From an uncultured Acidimicrobiales bacterium (GTDB lineage Bacteria > Actinomycetota > Acidimicrobiia > Acidimicrobiales > UBA10347): a stretch of 50,232 nucleotides of DNA. The notes under the pieces are model-generated. The model worked only from the letters and a program-made list of their open reading frames with translations, was not told the origin of the DNA and did no database searches. The translations under genes were made by a program, and so were the position numbers. This document shows, one piece after another, positions 20,343 to 29,233 of this stretch. The DNA is taken from positions 1 through 50,232 of the forward strand of contig CALSSD010000031.1 of the NCBI GenBank assembly GCA_943788915.1. The letters are read 5' to 3'. Every line of letters starts with the position of its first letter. Within the stretch, counting starts at the first letter, position 1.

Positions 20343-21215
20343 TCAGTCTCCATCGATCTTGCGAAGATACTGCTGAAGCTCTTCTTCGAGTTCGTCGCCG
20401 GTCGGCAGCTTCTCGCTTTCGAGCTTGCGGAGCTCGTCGTAACGTTGTTCAAGCCGAGTCACGACTTCGCTCAGACCAGGGGAGTCTTCGAACATCGCGT
20501 TAACTGCGACGACCGCTTCGTGCACCTGGGCATCGAGTTGGCTGTCGTCGAAGTGCAGCCCGCTGAGTTCGCCGAACGTCTCAAGCATGGCGACCGCGGC
20601 CTGGGGCCAATCGTGTGACGCCAGGTAGTAGGGGACTTGGGCGTAGAGCCCGTGGCTCGGGACGCCGAATCGTTCGAGCTCTTCGGTTATTGCCACTTGT
20701 ACACCCACCGGCACCGTGATTAGGCCAGTCGTGTGTTCTCGGTTGATGATCATTCCAGCGTCGGACGCGGTGGACGAAATGCGGATGGCGCGAGTATGCG
20801 GCATAGGGGCGGGATAGGCACCCATCGAGTACGTGGTGGTCACACCGATAGCGCTGACGATGTTCGCAACTGCCTTGCCGAATTGGCGCCACGCAAAGTC
20901 TGGCTCAGGTCCGTGGAGTAACAGGAACGGTTTGTCGTCGGCATCGGTGCCAACAGCAAGCTCGAGCTCTGGCCAATCGACATTCTGGGTGACGCCGTCG
21001 ACCACGGTAAGCATCGGGCGGCGGGCCCGTTGGTCAAGAAGTTGATCGGTATCGAAGCGGGCAATCGCGGTGAGATCGGCCTGGTGCACGATGGCGTTGC
21101 GGACTCGGGCAAGTGTGTCTGATGCCTCGAGCCATCCATCGGTCAGGATCAGCAGCGGCATCGGTCCTTCGACGCTGGGACCAATCTGTTGGTACAGGTC
21201 ATCGAAGTGCATCAC
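20343..21215 (-). CDS. PAC2 family (proteasome assembly chaperone-like) protein
   Basis: DQRARRP, GPEPDFAW, PHTR, AQVPYY, LEQRYD. Confidence 0.88.
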   Translation of the reverse strand: MMHFDDLYQQIGPSVEGPMPLLILTDGWLEASDTLARVRNAIVHQADLTAIARFDTDQLLDQRARRPMLTVVDGVTQNVDWPELELAVGTDADDKPFLLLHGPEPDFAWRQFGKAVANIVSAIGVTTTYSMGAYPAPMPHTRAIRISSTASDAGMIINREHTTGLITVPVGVQVAITEELERFGVPSHGLYAQVPYYLASHDWPQAAVAMLETFGELSGLHFDDSQLDAQVHEAVVAVNAMFEDSPGLSEVVTRLEQRYDELRKLESEKLPTGDELEEELQQYLRKIDGD

Positions 21216-22240
21216 ACTACCTTTGCCGCATATTCGGCTGCCTGGTTAACCAGCGCGTCGATTCGGCCGACGAACGCTTCGGCGCCGCCTTCGGGTTCAT
21301 CTCCCATCGCGCCGCTTACATAACGGGAATACACGCCTTCGAGAATGGCCGCGAGCCGCCAGCTGGCGAACGACATGTAGAAGTCCATGTCATCGATCGT
21401 GTGGCCGACGGCTTGTTCGTACCACTCAAGAAGTTGTGCCCGTTCGGGGAATCCATCGGCCAGGGTTGGTGCGATATCGATGGGTGTGAAGCCATCGGTG
21501 GGGCGAGCCCAGTATGTGAGCAGCGATGCGATGTCGGCCTTGGTGTCGCCCAACGTGCACAATTCCCAGTCAAGGACCGCAGCAACCGAGCCATCGTCGG
21601 CAATGAGACAGTTGTCGAGCCGGTAGTCGCCGTGGACGAGACCCGCCTTGCCCTGCTCAGGAATGCGGTCAACCAGGTGATCATGGACCGCCACTAGCTT
21701 GGGGCGTTCGCGGGTCTTGGAGGCTTCGAACTGGCCCATCCATCGTCGTAACTGGCGGGCCACATAATTTTCCTTGCGACCCAAGTCGCCGAGGCCAACA
21801 GAATCGACGTCGACGACGTGGATCCCGGCCAGGACCTCGATGAGGGACCGAGTGACATCAGGAAGCAGGTCAGCACCAAACGCTGTGGCTTCCTCGGGGC
21901 TGCGCAAGATATGGCCGTCGACGAAGTCCATGACATAGAAGGGCCGTTCGTTCACCGAGAGATCCTCGCAGAATCCGATAGTGCTCGGCACCGGTACATC
22001 GCTGCTTTGTAATGCGTCGATAACCCGGAACTCGCGACCCATATCGTGGGCGCTCTCAAGTACCTGAAACAGCGGAGGTCGGCGCAGGACCCATTGGCCA
22101 TCGGCTTGGTCCGTGACCTTAAAGGTCAGGTTCGAGTGGCCCCCAGCGATCAGATCGAAGTGCAGGGGTGGCTGGACGGCCTGAGCGTGCTGATCGAACC
22201 ATGCGGTGACGTTGTCACGGTTGATTCCCTTGGTTGTCAT
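21212..22240 (-). CDS. Phosphotransferase (APH/acyl-CoA dehydrogenase-associated kinase) family
   Basis: GGHSNLT, VLRRPP, AHDMGRE, HGDYRLDN, LDWEL. Confidence 0.92.
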   Translation of the reverse strand: MTTKGINRDNVTAWFDQHAQAVQPPLHFDLIAGGHSNLTFKVTDQADGQWVLRRPPLFQVLESAHDMGREFRVIDALQSSDVPVPSTIGFCEDLSVNERPFYVMDFVDGHILRSPEEATAFGADLLPDVTRSLIEVLAGIHVVDVDSVGLGDLGRKENYVARQLRRWMGQFEASKTRERPKLVAVHDHLVDRIPEQGKAGLVHGDYRLDNCLIADDGSVAAVLDWELCTLGDTKADIASLLTYWARPTDGFTPIDIAPTLADGFPERAQLLEWYEQAVGHTIDDMDFYMSFASWRLAAILEGVYSRYVSGAMGDEPEGGAEAFVGRIDALVNQAAEYAAKVV

Positions 22241-22387
22241 ATCGTCCCCCCAACACTGCGGCCGCAGCCGATTTGCCACGGTACCCTGTGGGTCTTGACG
22301 CACTGGAATCGTGCCAGCGCGTCGTGCGTTGTATAGGCCTGTCCCGTGGCTGCACTTCGCAGCCCGCCGCACTCTTGGAGCATATTC

Positions 22388-23098
22388 ATGATCGATGTCA
22401 CCGATGCCACATTCGAAGCCGATGTCATCGAGGCGTCGCACAATCATGTTGTTGTCGTCGACTTGTGGGCCGAATGGTGCGGGCCGTGCAAGTCGCTTGG
22501 ACCCATTCTTGAGACGGTGATCGCCGAGACCAACGGCAAAGTTGTTTTGGCCAAGGTCGATGTCGATAGCAACCCCGCAACCTCGCAGGCTTTCCAGGTA
22601 CAGAGCATTCCTGCCGTCTACGCATTGAAGGACGGCAAGGTTATCGATGGCTTCACTGGTGCCCAAGGCGAACCTGCGGTGCGCGAGTTCATTGCTCGCA
22701 TGATGCCGTCTGAAGCCGAGATCGAAATCGAGCAACTGCTCGCTGCCGGCGACGAGCCCTCGCTCTTGCGGGTGCTGGAACTCGTGCCAGATCATCACGT
22801 TGCGGTTCCTGCCGTTGCCGAGATCCTGATTGCTCGTGGCGAAAACGAGATGGCGCTTGAGTTGCTGCAGCGGGTGCCGGAGACTGCCGAAGTCAGTCGC
22901 ATCGCGGCAACCGCCCGCATCGGCGGCGAGGCCCTGGCGGCCGACGACGAACTCGATGCCAAACTCACGGCATTGCTCGATCGGGTAAAGGCCGACGAAG
23001 ACGCCCGTCAGGAATACATCGACCTGCTCGAAGTGATGGGGCCAGAAGATCCCCGCACTGCGGACTATCGCAAACAACTCTCGATGCGCCTGTTCTAG
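22388..23098 (+). CDS. Thioredoxin-TPR co-chaperone (YbbN/CnoX-like)
   Basis: WAEWCGPC; C-terminal YRKQLSMRLF. Confidence 0.9.
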   Translation: MIDVTDATFEADVIEASHNHVVVVDLWAEWCGPCKSLGPILETVIAETNGKVVLAKVDVDSNPATSQAFQVQSIPAVYALKDGKVIDGFTGAQGEPAVREFIARMMPSEAEIEIEQLLAAGDEPSLLRVLELVPDHHVAVPAVAEILIARGENEMALELLQRVPETAEVSRIAATARIGGEALAADDELDAKLTALLDRVKADEDARQEYIDLLEVMGPEDPRTADYRKQLSMRLF

Positions 23099-23118
23099 GC
23101 CGGTACTAGAGTCCGTTT

Positions 23119-23640
23119 ATGCGAGTGGAGAAGCGCAACGGCTATCGAGTCGTGGTTGGTGGCCCCGTGCCGCCCCAGGCCGAGGCAATCACGTTGGGCA
23201 CTACGATCTTCGTGCGCAGGCGATCGTGTGAGCATCAAGGGCTGATGGCGCACGAACTGGTGCACGTTCGCCAGTTCAAAGAAATGGGACCCGTCCGGTT
23301 CTTAGCCCGGTATCTGGCTTCGTATCTGCGTTACCGACTCAGCGGGTACTGCCATATGGCCGCCTATCGGCGCATCCCTCTAGAGGTCGAAGCGTCGTGG
23401 GTGAGCCGGTTGCATTCCGTGACTGATCTTGAACCAGGCAATGACACCCAGGTGTCTCGATCCGAGTCGCATGCTCATGCGCTTCGTGAACGGTTGCGCC
23501 GCCACCGGGGCGCACGAGCGAACGGTGGTCGGCCGACTCCTCGTGGTGAAACTTGGAACCGACCGAGCACGCCAAGGAACCTGGCGGCAGTTCAGGCTGT
23601 GATGGCACGCCGAGACGCCCGCGACGCTGCGTCTCGATAG
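23119..23640 (+). CDS. DUF4157-like zincin-motif protein
   Basis: AITLG ... AHELVHVRQ ... PLEVEA; TAGAGT 6 nt before ATG. Confidence 0.65.
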   Translation: MRVEKRNGYRVVVGGPVPPQAEAITLGTTIFVRRRSCEHQGLMAHELVHVRQFKEMGPVRFLARYLASYLRYRLSGYCHMAAYRRIPLEVEASWVSRLHSVTDLEPGNDTQVSRSESHAHALRERLRRHRGARANGGRPTPRGETWNRPSTPRNLAAVQAVMARRDARDAASR

Positions 23641-23842
23641 CGGAATCGAATCTGGCCACCTAGGTCATAGGACGCCAACACACCCGATCTCGCCAACACC
23701 AACAGCTCGGCCTGACCGAGTGGGGCATGGTGCTGGCCCGCACCGGGTCGACCATGTCGATACGGATACACGGAGTGCGATGTCCCCTGGGGAGATTGCG
23801 GGTGATGGTGGTGGGCCGGGCGTAATCCGCCGGTGCTGACAT
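23592..23842 (-). CDS. Possible small HTH_17/BldC-like DNA-binding protein, frameshifted near 23722
   Basis: GGAG RBS before ATG 23842; MVDPVRASTM joins LGQAELLVLARSGVLASYDLGGQIRFRYRD in another frame. Confidence 0.4.
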
Positions 23843-24064
23843 GAGTTCTCCACAGGGAATGGTTGTGCGGGCTTGACGCCAACACTGCGCCCCGGCCGTT
23901 CCCCGTTGGTTTCCCAGCCGTTTCTCATTGTCGCCATTCATGTGCGACGGGGGAGTGCGGGCCGGGGAAGCAATGTCTGGGAACTATCTGGGATGTTCGC
24001 CAGTCACGGTTCTGCGGTGAGCGACATCCCACGGCCCGAACATGCCGTCTCTGTTTATGTCCGG

Positions 24065-24922
24065 ATGCAACGGAGAATCGAGACAGCTCGGGACCGGATG
24101 CAGTTGCGACGTCGGCCCGTGCCCGTATCCGAAGACGTGACGCCGGTTGCCTCGGCGGTTTTGCCTCGGCCGATTGCATCGATGATCCCAGGTGTGGTGG
24201 CGGGCGCTGTAGTCGTCCTCCTTGGGCTCGGCGGCATGTGGGCGTGGCAATCATGGTCGAATCGCGTCAACGAGCCGATCGACGATCGGTTGCCCCTGCT
24301 GTTCGCCTCGGAACAGGCCGACAGCCCCACCGACACCCCCGGTGCTGCTGGCGGCTTGGAACAAGAAGCGACGCTGACCGAAGAACAAACGGCTGGTGGT
24401 GATCCGGCAGTGGCGACGACCTTGGCGACGTCGAACCCACCCGAATCGATGGCGGCCTCGTCGCCCTCGGTCGTTGTTCATGTCGCCGGAGCTGTCAGTC
24501 GGGCAGGTGTGGTCGAGCTTGGGCCTGGCGCTCGGGTGATCGACGCATTACAAGCCGCTGGTGGTGCGACCCATCGAGCTGATCTTGACCGGGTAAATCT
24601 TGCAGCACCGGTGTGGGATGGAGAACGCATACACGTGCCAGCGATCGGCGAGGACACACTGCCGGTCGTGCTTCCGTCATCGGGCAGGACGACGAGCGGA
24701 CCGACATCCAGCGACGATCAGCAACTCATGCTCGATCTCAACACTGCCAGCGCCCAGTCGCTCGAAGAGTTACCCGGAGTCGGGCCGTCGACAGCGGCGG
24801 CCATTGTTCGAACACGAGAAAGCAGGGGGCCATTCCTGACAGTTCAGGAACTGCTCGAAGTTCCAGGAATCGGCGAAACCAAACTCAGCCAGATTGAACC
24901 GTTCGTGCGTGTCGGTGGCTGA
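24065..24922 (+). CDS. comEA: ComEA family DNA uptake protein (TM, SLBB, HhH)
   Basis: VHVAGAV, RVIDALQAAGG, DLNTAS...LPGVGPSTA, VPGIG; start uncertain. Confidence 0.92.
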   Translation: MQRRIETARDRMQLRRRPVPVSEDVTPVASAVLPRPIASMIPGVVAGAVVVLLGLGGMWAWQSWSNRVNEPIDDRLPLLFASEQADSPTDTPGAAGGLEQEATLTEEQTAGGDPAVATTLATSNPPESMAASSPSVVVHVAGAVSRAGVVELGPGARVIDALQAAGGATHRADLDRVNLAAPVWDGERIHVPAIGEDTLPVVLPSSGRTTSGPTSSDDQQLMLDLNTASAQSLEELPGVGPSTAAAIVRTRESRGPFLTVQELLEVPGIGETKLSQIEPFVRVGG

Positions 24923-26730
24923 CCTGGCTTCGTCCGCGATGAGCGACCGTCATGTTGCAGCTATGGCGATCGTTGTCTGGGCCGGAGCGCTGACTCCTAG
25001 ACATGTCCCGACCGTGGTGTTGCTCACTGCCACGGCGGTTGCTGCGTTAGCCCTGCATCGACGATGGCCAGTGAGATTCATAATCACCGTAGCGATCCTG
25101 GCCTCTTTCTTAAGCGGTGCTGCGTGGGCCCGCATCGAACCTGCTGTTGCCGAACGTTACGTCGGGCCAGCAGTACTCGTGGCAGACCCGGAACCGGTGA
25201 GCGGGGGAGTGCGGGTGACGGCGTTAATCGAGGGCGGGCGATACGACCTGCGGGCATGGGGTTCCCCCGCTGGTGGGCTTCGAAATCGGCTCATGGGTGA
25301 GCGGGTCAAGGTCGAGGTCGACCTGAGACCGCTGGGCAACGCTCCGGCATGGCTCCTGGCTCAAGGGCTATCCGGTCGTGGAACAGTCGTGTCGGTTGAA
25401 AGTTTCGACGTAGGTTCGCCTCATACCAGGATTGCCAACAGCATTCGTCGTACGATCGAGTCGGGCGCATCGTCGATGAACCGTGACGAACGAGCACTCT
25501 TCGCCGGACTGGTCTATGGCGATGATCGTCAGCAAAGTCCTCTGACCGCCGACAACTTCGACGCAGCTGGACTCACGCATCTCTTAGCTGTGTCTGGGCA
25601 GAACGTGGCCTTTGTCTTGGCGATCACTGGACCGGTGTTGCGCCGGTTGGGCCATCGACAGCGGTTCGTGTTCGTCCTGGCGGTGCTGCTGTTGTTCGCG
25701 ACCGTGACCACGATTCGAGCCGTCGGTGGTGCGGGCCTCGGTGATGACCGCGGTGGCAGCGGTGGCAGCGTTAGTCGGGACCGAGATGTCGAGTCGCCGG
25801 ATCCTGGGAGTGGCTGTGGCGGCCCTGGTGTTGGTTGACCCATTGATCGTGCACAGCGTCGCGTTTCAGCTGTCGGTGGCTGCATCGGCTGGGATCTTGT
25901 TGTGGTCGGCGCGGGTGGCTCGGGCCGTGCCGGGGCCGCGGTGGCTGGTTGAGGCTCTAGCTGTGACATCGACCGCGCAGCTGGCGGTTGCGCCGTTGCT
26001 GGTATGGCGTTTTGATGGGTTGCCAGTGGCGTCGTTACCGGCCAACCTGTTGGCTGGGCCGGCTGCAGGTCCAGTGATGATGTGGGGGCTGACCGGGGGA
26101 CTCGTTGCCGGGGTGCTGCCGGCTGGTGTTGCTGAGGTCTTGCATGTGCCGACGAGAGCAGCGTTGTGGTGGATTAACTCGGTCGCGTCGCAGGTGCCAC
26201 TTCTGCCATTTGGCAGGTTGGGTGCAGTCCACATTGCGCTGCTGTTTGTGGCTGGAGCGCTCGGATTGCGCCAGACAACAGAACTTGGGCGAGCCGCGGC
26301 GTTGGTTGTCCTGATCGTCGTGTTGGGTCAGCCTGCGGTTGCCCTGGCGACGATGCCTGCTGAGACTCAGGTCATCGATAGCGAGTCCACGATCTGGCAG
26401 GACCACAGGGTCACGGTGCTAGAGCTTGGTGGACCTACGTCACCGGAGGATGTCCTGTCGACCCTGCGCAAGGCGAATATCGGTGCGATCGATCTTGTGG
26501 TGGTTCACTCCTCGTCGTTTGGAAAGGCATCGTTGATTGGGTGGATCAGAACACACCATGTTGTGCACGCGGTGTGGGCTCCCGAGATCACCATGGGTGT
26601 CGGCGAAGTAATACCGCCAGCAGGGACCCAGCTGCTGGTCGACGGCGTAACACTCACCGTGGAGATCGAGGGCAACCGGTTGCTGCTTGATACAGAAATT
26701 GGCAACGCAGCGAGTGACCTCGACGGCTAG
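24915..26730 (+). CDS. comEC: ComEC/Rec2 competence channel; apparent frameshift near 25712
   Basis: GLTHLLAVSGQNV, VRASVM, FQLSVAA, LPANLLA; follows comEA. Confidence 0.9.
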
Positions 26731-26805
26731 GGCGTTCTGTGTTCTGGTCGGCGTCGACGTGTGAACACGCGGTGCGCGCGGATTCCGTCGCGCTACGGTC
26801 GGGTC

Positions 26806-27468
26806 GTGCAGCTCCAGTTCGGCGAACGTGCCTTTGATGTGGCGTCCCGTGCGTTGGTGCTTGCATCACTATCAGCTGCTGAAGTTGCTGGCCCAGGGCT
26901 CGCTGCTACGACTGCCGTACACCCGGGAATTATCGAAATCACCGACGTTTCGAGCGACACAGTTGATGCCGCCATCGGGCATGTCTGTGACACATTCGAC
27001 GGGCCAATCAGCGTGCTTACAGACAACGCAACACTGGCTCACGCCGCATTGTCAGCCGGAGCCCACGCAGTGCATGACCCAAGCGGGTTGTCTGACCCTG
27101 ACTACCTGCTCGCGGTCGACGAAACGGGCGGCTCCATCATTCTTTCTTGTCCTGCGAATACTGCTGCTCCGATGGCGTTCCTTGTCGAGCGATCCAGGTG
27201 GGCCCGAGCCGCTGGCATCGGCCCCGAACGAGTTGTGCTGCACGCCCCGGTTTCGGTTGTGGACACCCTGGTTGCCAGCGGTTACTGCGTGATGGTGACG
27301 AGTCCCGACGACCCGACAGCTCAAGGTTTCAATGCCACCATGGTGTCGCGAGGCGTCAGACTTGTGGCTTCGAACGCGGTGCAAGCGACCAGGCGTACGA
27401 TCGACGCCGTGAGCGAACTAGTCAATCGCAGAGAACCAGATCGTTGTGAACTCACAGGAGATATCTGA
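26806..27468 (+). CDS. Divergent dihydropteroate synthase-like (pterin-binding) protein
   Basis: PISVLT ... AGAHAVHDPSGLSDPDYL ... AGIGPERVVL resembles actinobacterial FolP; TACGGT 6 nt before GTG. Confidence 0.6.
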   Translation: MQLQFGERAFDVASRALVLASLSAAEVAGPGLAATTAVHPGIIEITDVSSDTVDAAIGHVCDTFDGPISVLTDNATLAHAALSAGAHAVHDPSGLSDPDYLLAVDETGGSIILSCPANTAAPMAFLVERSRWARAAGIGPERVVLHAPVSVVDTLVASGYCVMVTSPDDPTAQGFNATMVSRGVRLVASNAVQATRRTIDAVSELVNRREPDRCELTGDI

Positions 27469-28469
27469 TGGCCATCGTGCGTGTGTTCAGCGGCACCGAT
27501 CCGGTATTGCTCGACAAGGCGGTCCGAGACGCCGTCAAGGCGGCACTGGGTGACGAATCGGCAGACTTTGCGCTGGCAGAACTGACAGAGTCGGACTATC
27601 ACATCGACGACGGATACAGCATCGCGCCGCTTGTCGACGCAGCCCAGACGCCTCCCATGCTGACCGATCGGCGTGTCGTCCTCGGTCACCATCTGGCGCG
27701 CTTTTCCACTGGTGACACGGTCGAGCCGCTTGTCGCTTACCTGAACAATCCCCTCGACACAACCCAGCTGATCCTGGTCTGGAGTAGGGGCCCGGCGCTG
27801 AACAAACGCAGCACGGGTCTGCCCAAGAAGCTGAATGAGACGCTGAAAGCTCTGGGCGTATCCGTCACAAAGACCGACGTAAATCAGAGAGAGTCGGGCG
27901 CATGGATTGACCAACAGCTCGCCGACATCGGGCTCACTCTCGATAACCAGGCCCGCCGTTTGCTCGGCGATCACCTGGGCGACAATGTGAATCGCCTCGT
28001 CGGTATTGCCCGCAGCCTGCTCGCCGCTCACGGCCCCGGCAAACGGCTTGGTGTCGATGAGATTGCGCCGTACTTGGGCAGCGCTGGCGACGTGCCACCT
28101 TGGGACCTGACCGACGCAATCGCCAACGGCGATATTCCGGCGTCGCTGCGGACGTGTCGCCGTATGGTCCACGGCGGCGAACGGCACGCCCTTGCCATCC
28201 TCGCGAGCCTGACAAACCACTATGCACGGATGGCGTCGCTCGACGGTGCGCCGGTGTCTGGTGAAAAGGACGCAGCTGCGTTCCTAGGCGTAAAAGGCAG
28301 TACCTATCCGGTCAAAAAGGCCATGCAACAGGCCCGGAAAATGGGTCCTGGCAATGTCAAACGGGCCTGGGGCCTTCTGGCCGAAGCGGACCTGGACCTT
28401 CGCGGCGGCACGGCAGCTGACTCTGAGCAGGTCCTCGAAGTGCTGATCGCTCGCCTCGCCCGGCTCTAG
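27468..28469 (+). CDS. holA: DNA polymerase III delta subunit
   Basis: QTPPMLTDRRVV, PPWDLTDAI, ADLDLRG; comEC-holA-rpsT synteny. Confidence 0.9.
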   Translation: MAIVRVFSGTDPVLLDKAVRDAVKAALGDESADFALAELTESDYHIDDGYSIAPLVDAAQTPPMLTDRRVVLGHHLARFSTGDTVEPLVAYLNNPLDTTQLILVWSRGPALNKRSTGLPKKLNETLKALGVSVTKTDVNQRESGAWIDQQLADIGLTLDNQARRLLGDHLGDNVNRLVGIARSLLAAHGPGKRLGVDEIAPYLGSAGDVPPWDLTDAIANGDIPASLRTCRRMVHGGERHALAILASLTNHYARMASLDGAPVSGEKDAAAFLGVKGSTYPVKKAMQQARKMGPGNVKRAWGLLAEADLDLRGGTAADSEQVLEVLIARLARL

Positions 28470-28577
28470 GTCAGCTAACGGCTCCAACAAGGCACTGTCG
28501 GAAAACGACAAATGCCCGATCCTCAAGACCGGGCACTGCATGATGTCGATGCTCAACCATCGGGTCGAGCGAAGGAA

Positions 28578-28829
28578 TTAACCGGCGTTGACAGCCTTGG
28601 TCAAGCGTGACTTCTTGCGAGAAGCGTTGTTCTTGTGGATGATGCCCTTGGTGGCAGCCTTGTCGATGTGCTTGATCGCAAGACGCAGGCTTTCAGCGCT
28701 CTCGTCGGTACCGGCAGCAGCCAGAGCCTTCTTCGTGTACGTACGCATTTGCGAACGCACACCCTTATTTGCTTCAGCGCGCTTCACGTTCTGACGATTG
28801 CGCTTGATTGCTGACTTAATGTTGGCCAT
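28578..28829 (-). CDS. rpsT: 30S ribosomal protein S20
   Basis: MANIKSAIKRNRQ ... IHKNNASRKKSRL. Confidence 0.98.
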   Translation of the reverse strand: MANIKSAIKRNRQNVKRAEANKGVRSQMRTYTKKALAAAGTDESAESLRLAIKHIDKAATKGIIHKNNASRKKSRLTKAVNAG

Positions 28830-28884
28830 GAGCTGCACCTAATTGCCGTTTGGAACCTCGAAATACTAACGGCGTAATCCAAGG

Positions 28885-29026
28885 TTTGCTCCCTTTGACT
28901 TTGTTGTTCCTTCGTCACAACCCGTCGGCAGGTGGCACCGAGTCGTTTGTCCCCGGTCTTGGTGCCAAACAACAGTGTGAAACAACACGAAGAGCAGTGC
29001 CAACAACAAGGGTCGGGTCGAGCAGG
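28885..29026 (+). ncRNA. Candidate long rod-like structured RNA
   Basis: Five nested helices found by eye; G:U pairs form only on the + strand. Confidence 0.4.
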
Positions 29027-29032
29027 GGTGCT

Positions 29033-29204
29033 TGTCCGACGAACGTCGGCCCGAGCGGAGCGGTGAAACGCGGACGAGGTGACCAGGTGTGCGAAAACCG
29101 TGTCCGATGAACGTCGGCCCGAGCGGAGCGGTGAAACGCGGACGAGGTGACCAGGTGTGCGAAAACCGTGTCCGACGAACGTCGGCCCGAGCGGAGCGGT
29201 GAAA
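29033..29204. repeat. Tandem repeat, 68-bp unit x2.5
   Basis: Units start at 29033, 29101, 29169; one C>T difference; internal hairpin CCGACG-AA-CGTCGG. Confidence 0.95.
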
Positions 29205-29233
29205 TACCGCACAGCCAATAGGCTCAAGCCCTC

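Noticed and set aside
22241..23077. 621-aa extended phosphotransferase
   Set aside because: The extension is antisense to the CnoX-like gene; family similarity starts at ATG 22240
29033..29204. CRISPR array (36-bp repeat ending GAAA, 32-bp spacers)
   Set aside because: Both spacers are identical and no cas genes are present; a simple tandem duplication explains it
29033..29204. Hammerhead ribozyme (CCGANGA, GAAAC...GUC with plausible stem III)
   Set aside because: Core is CCGA not CUGA, stem II does not pair, and GUC overlaps the core, leaving no stem I
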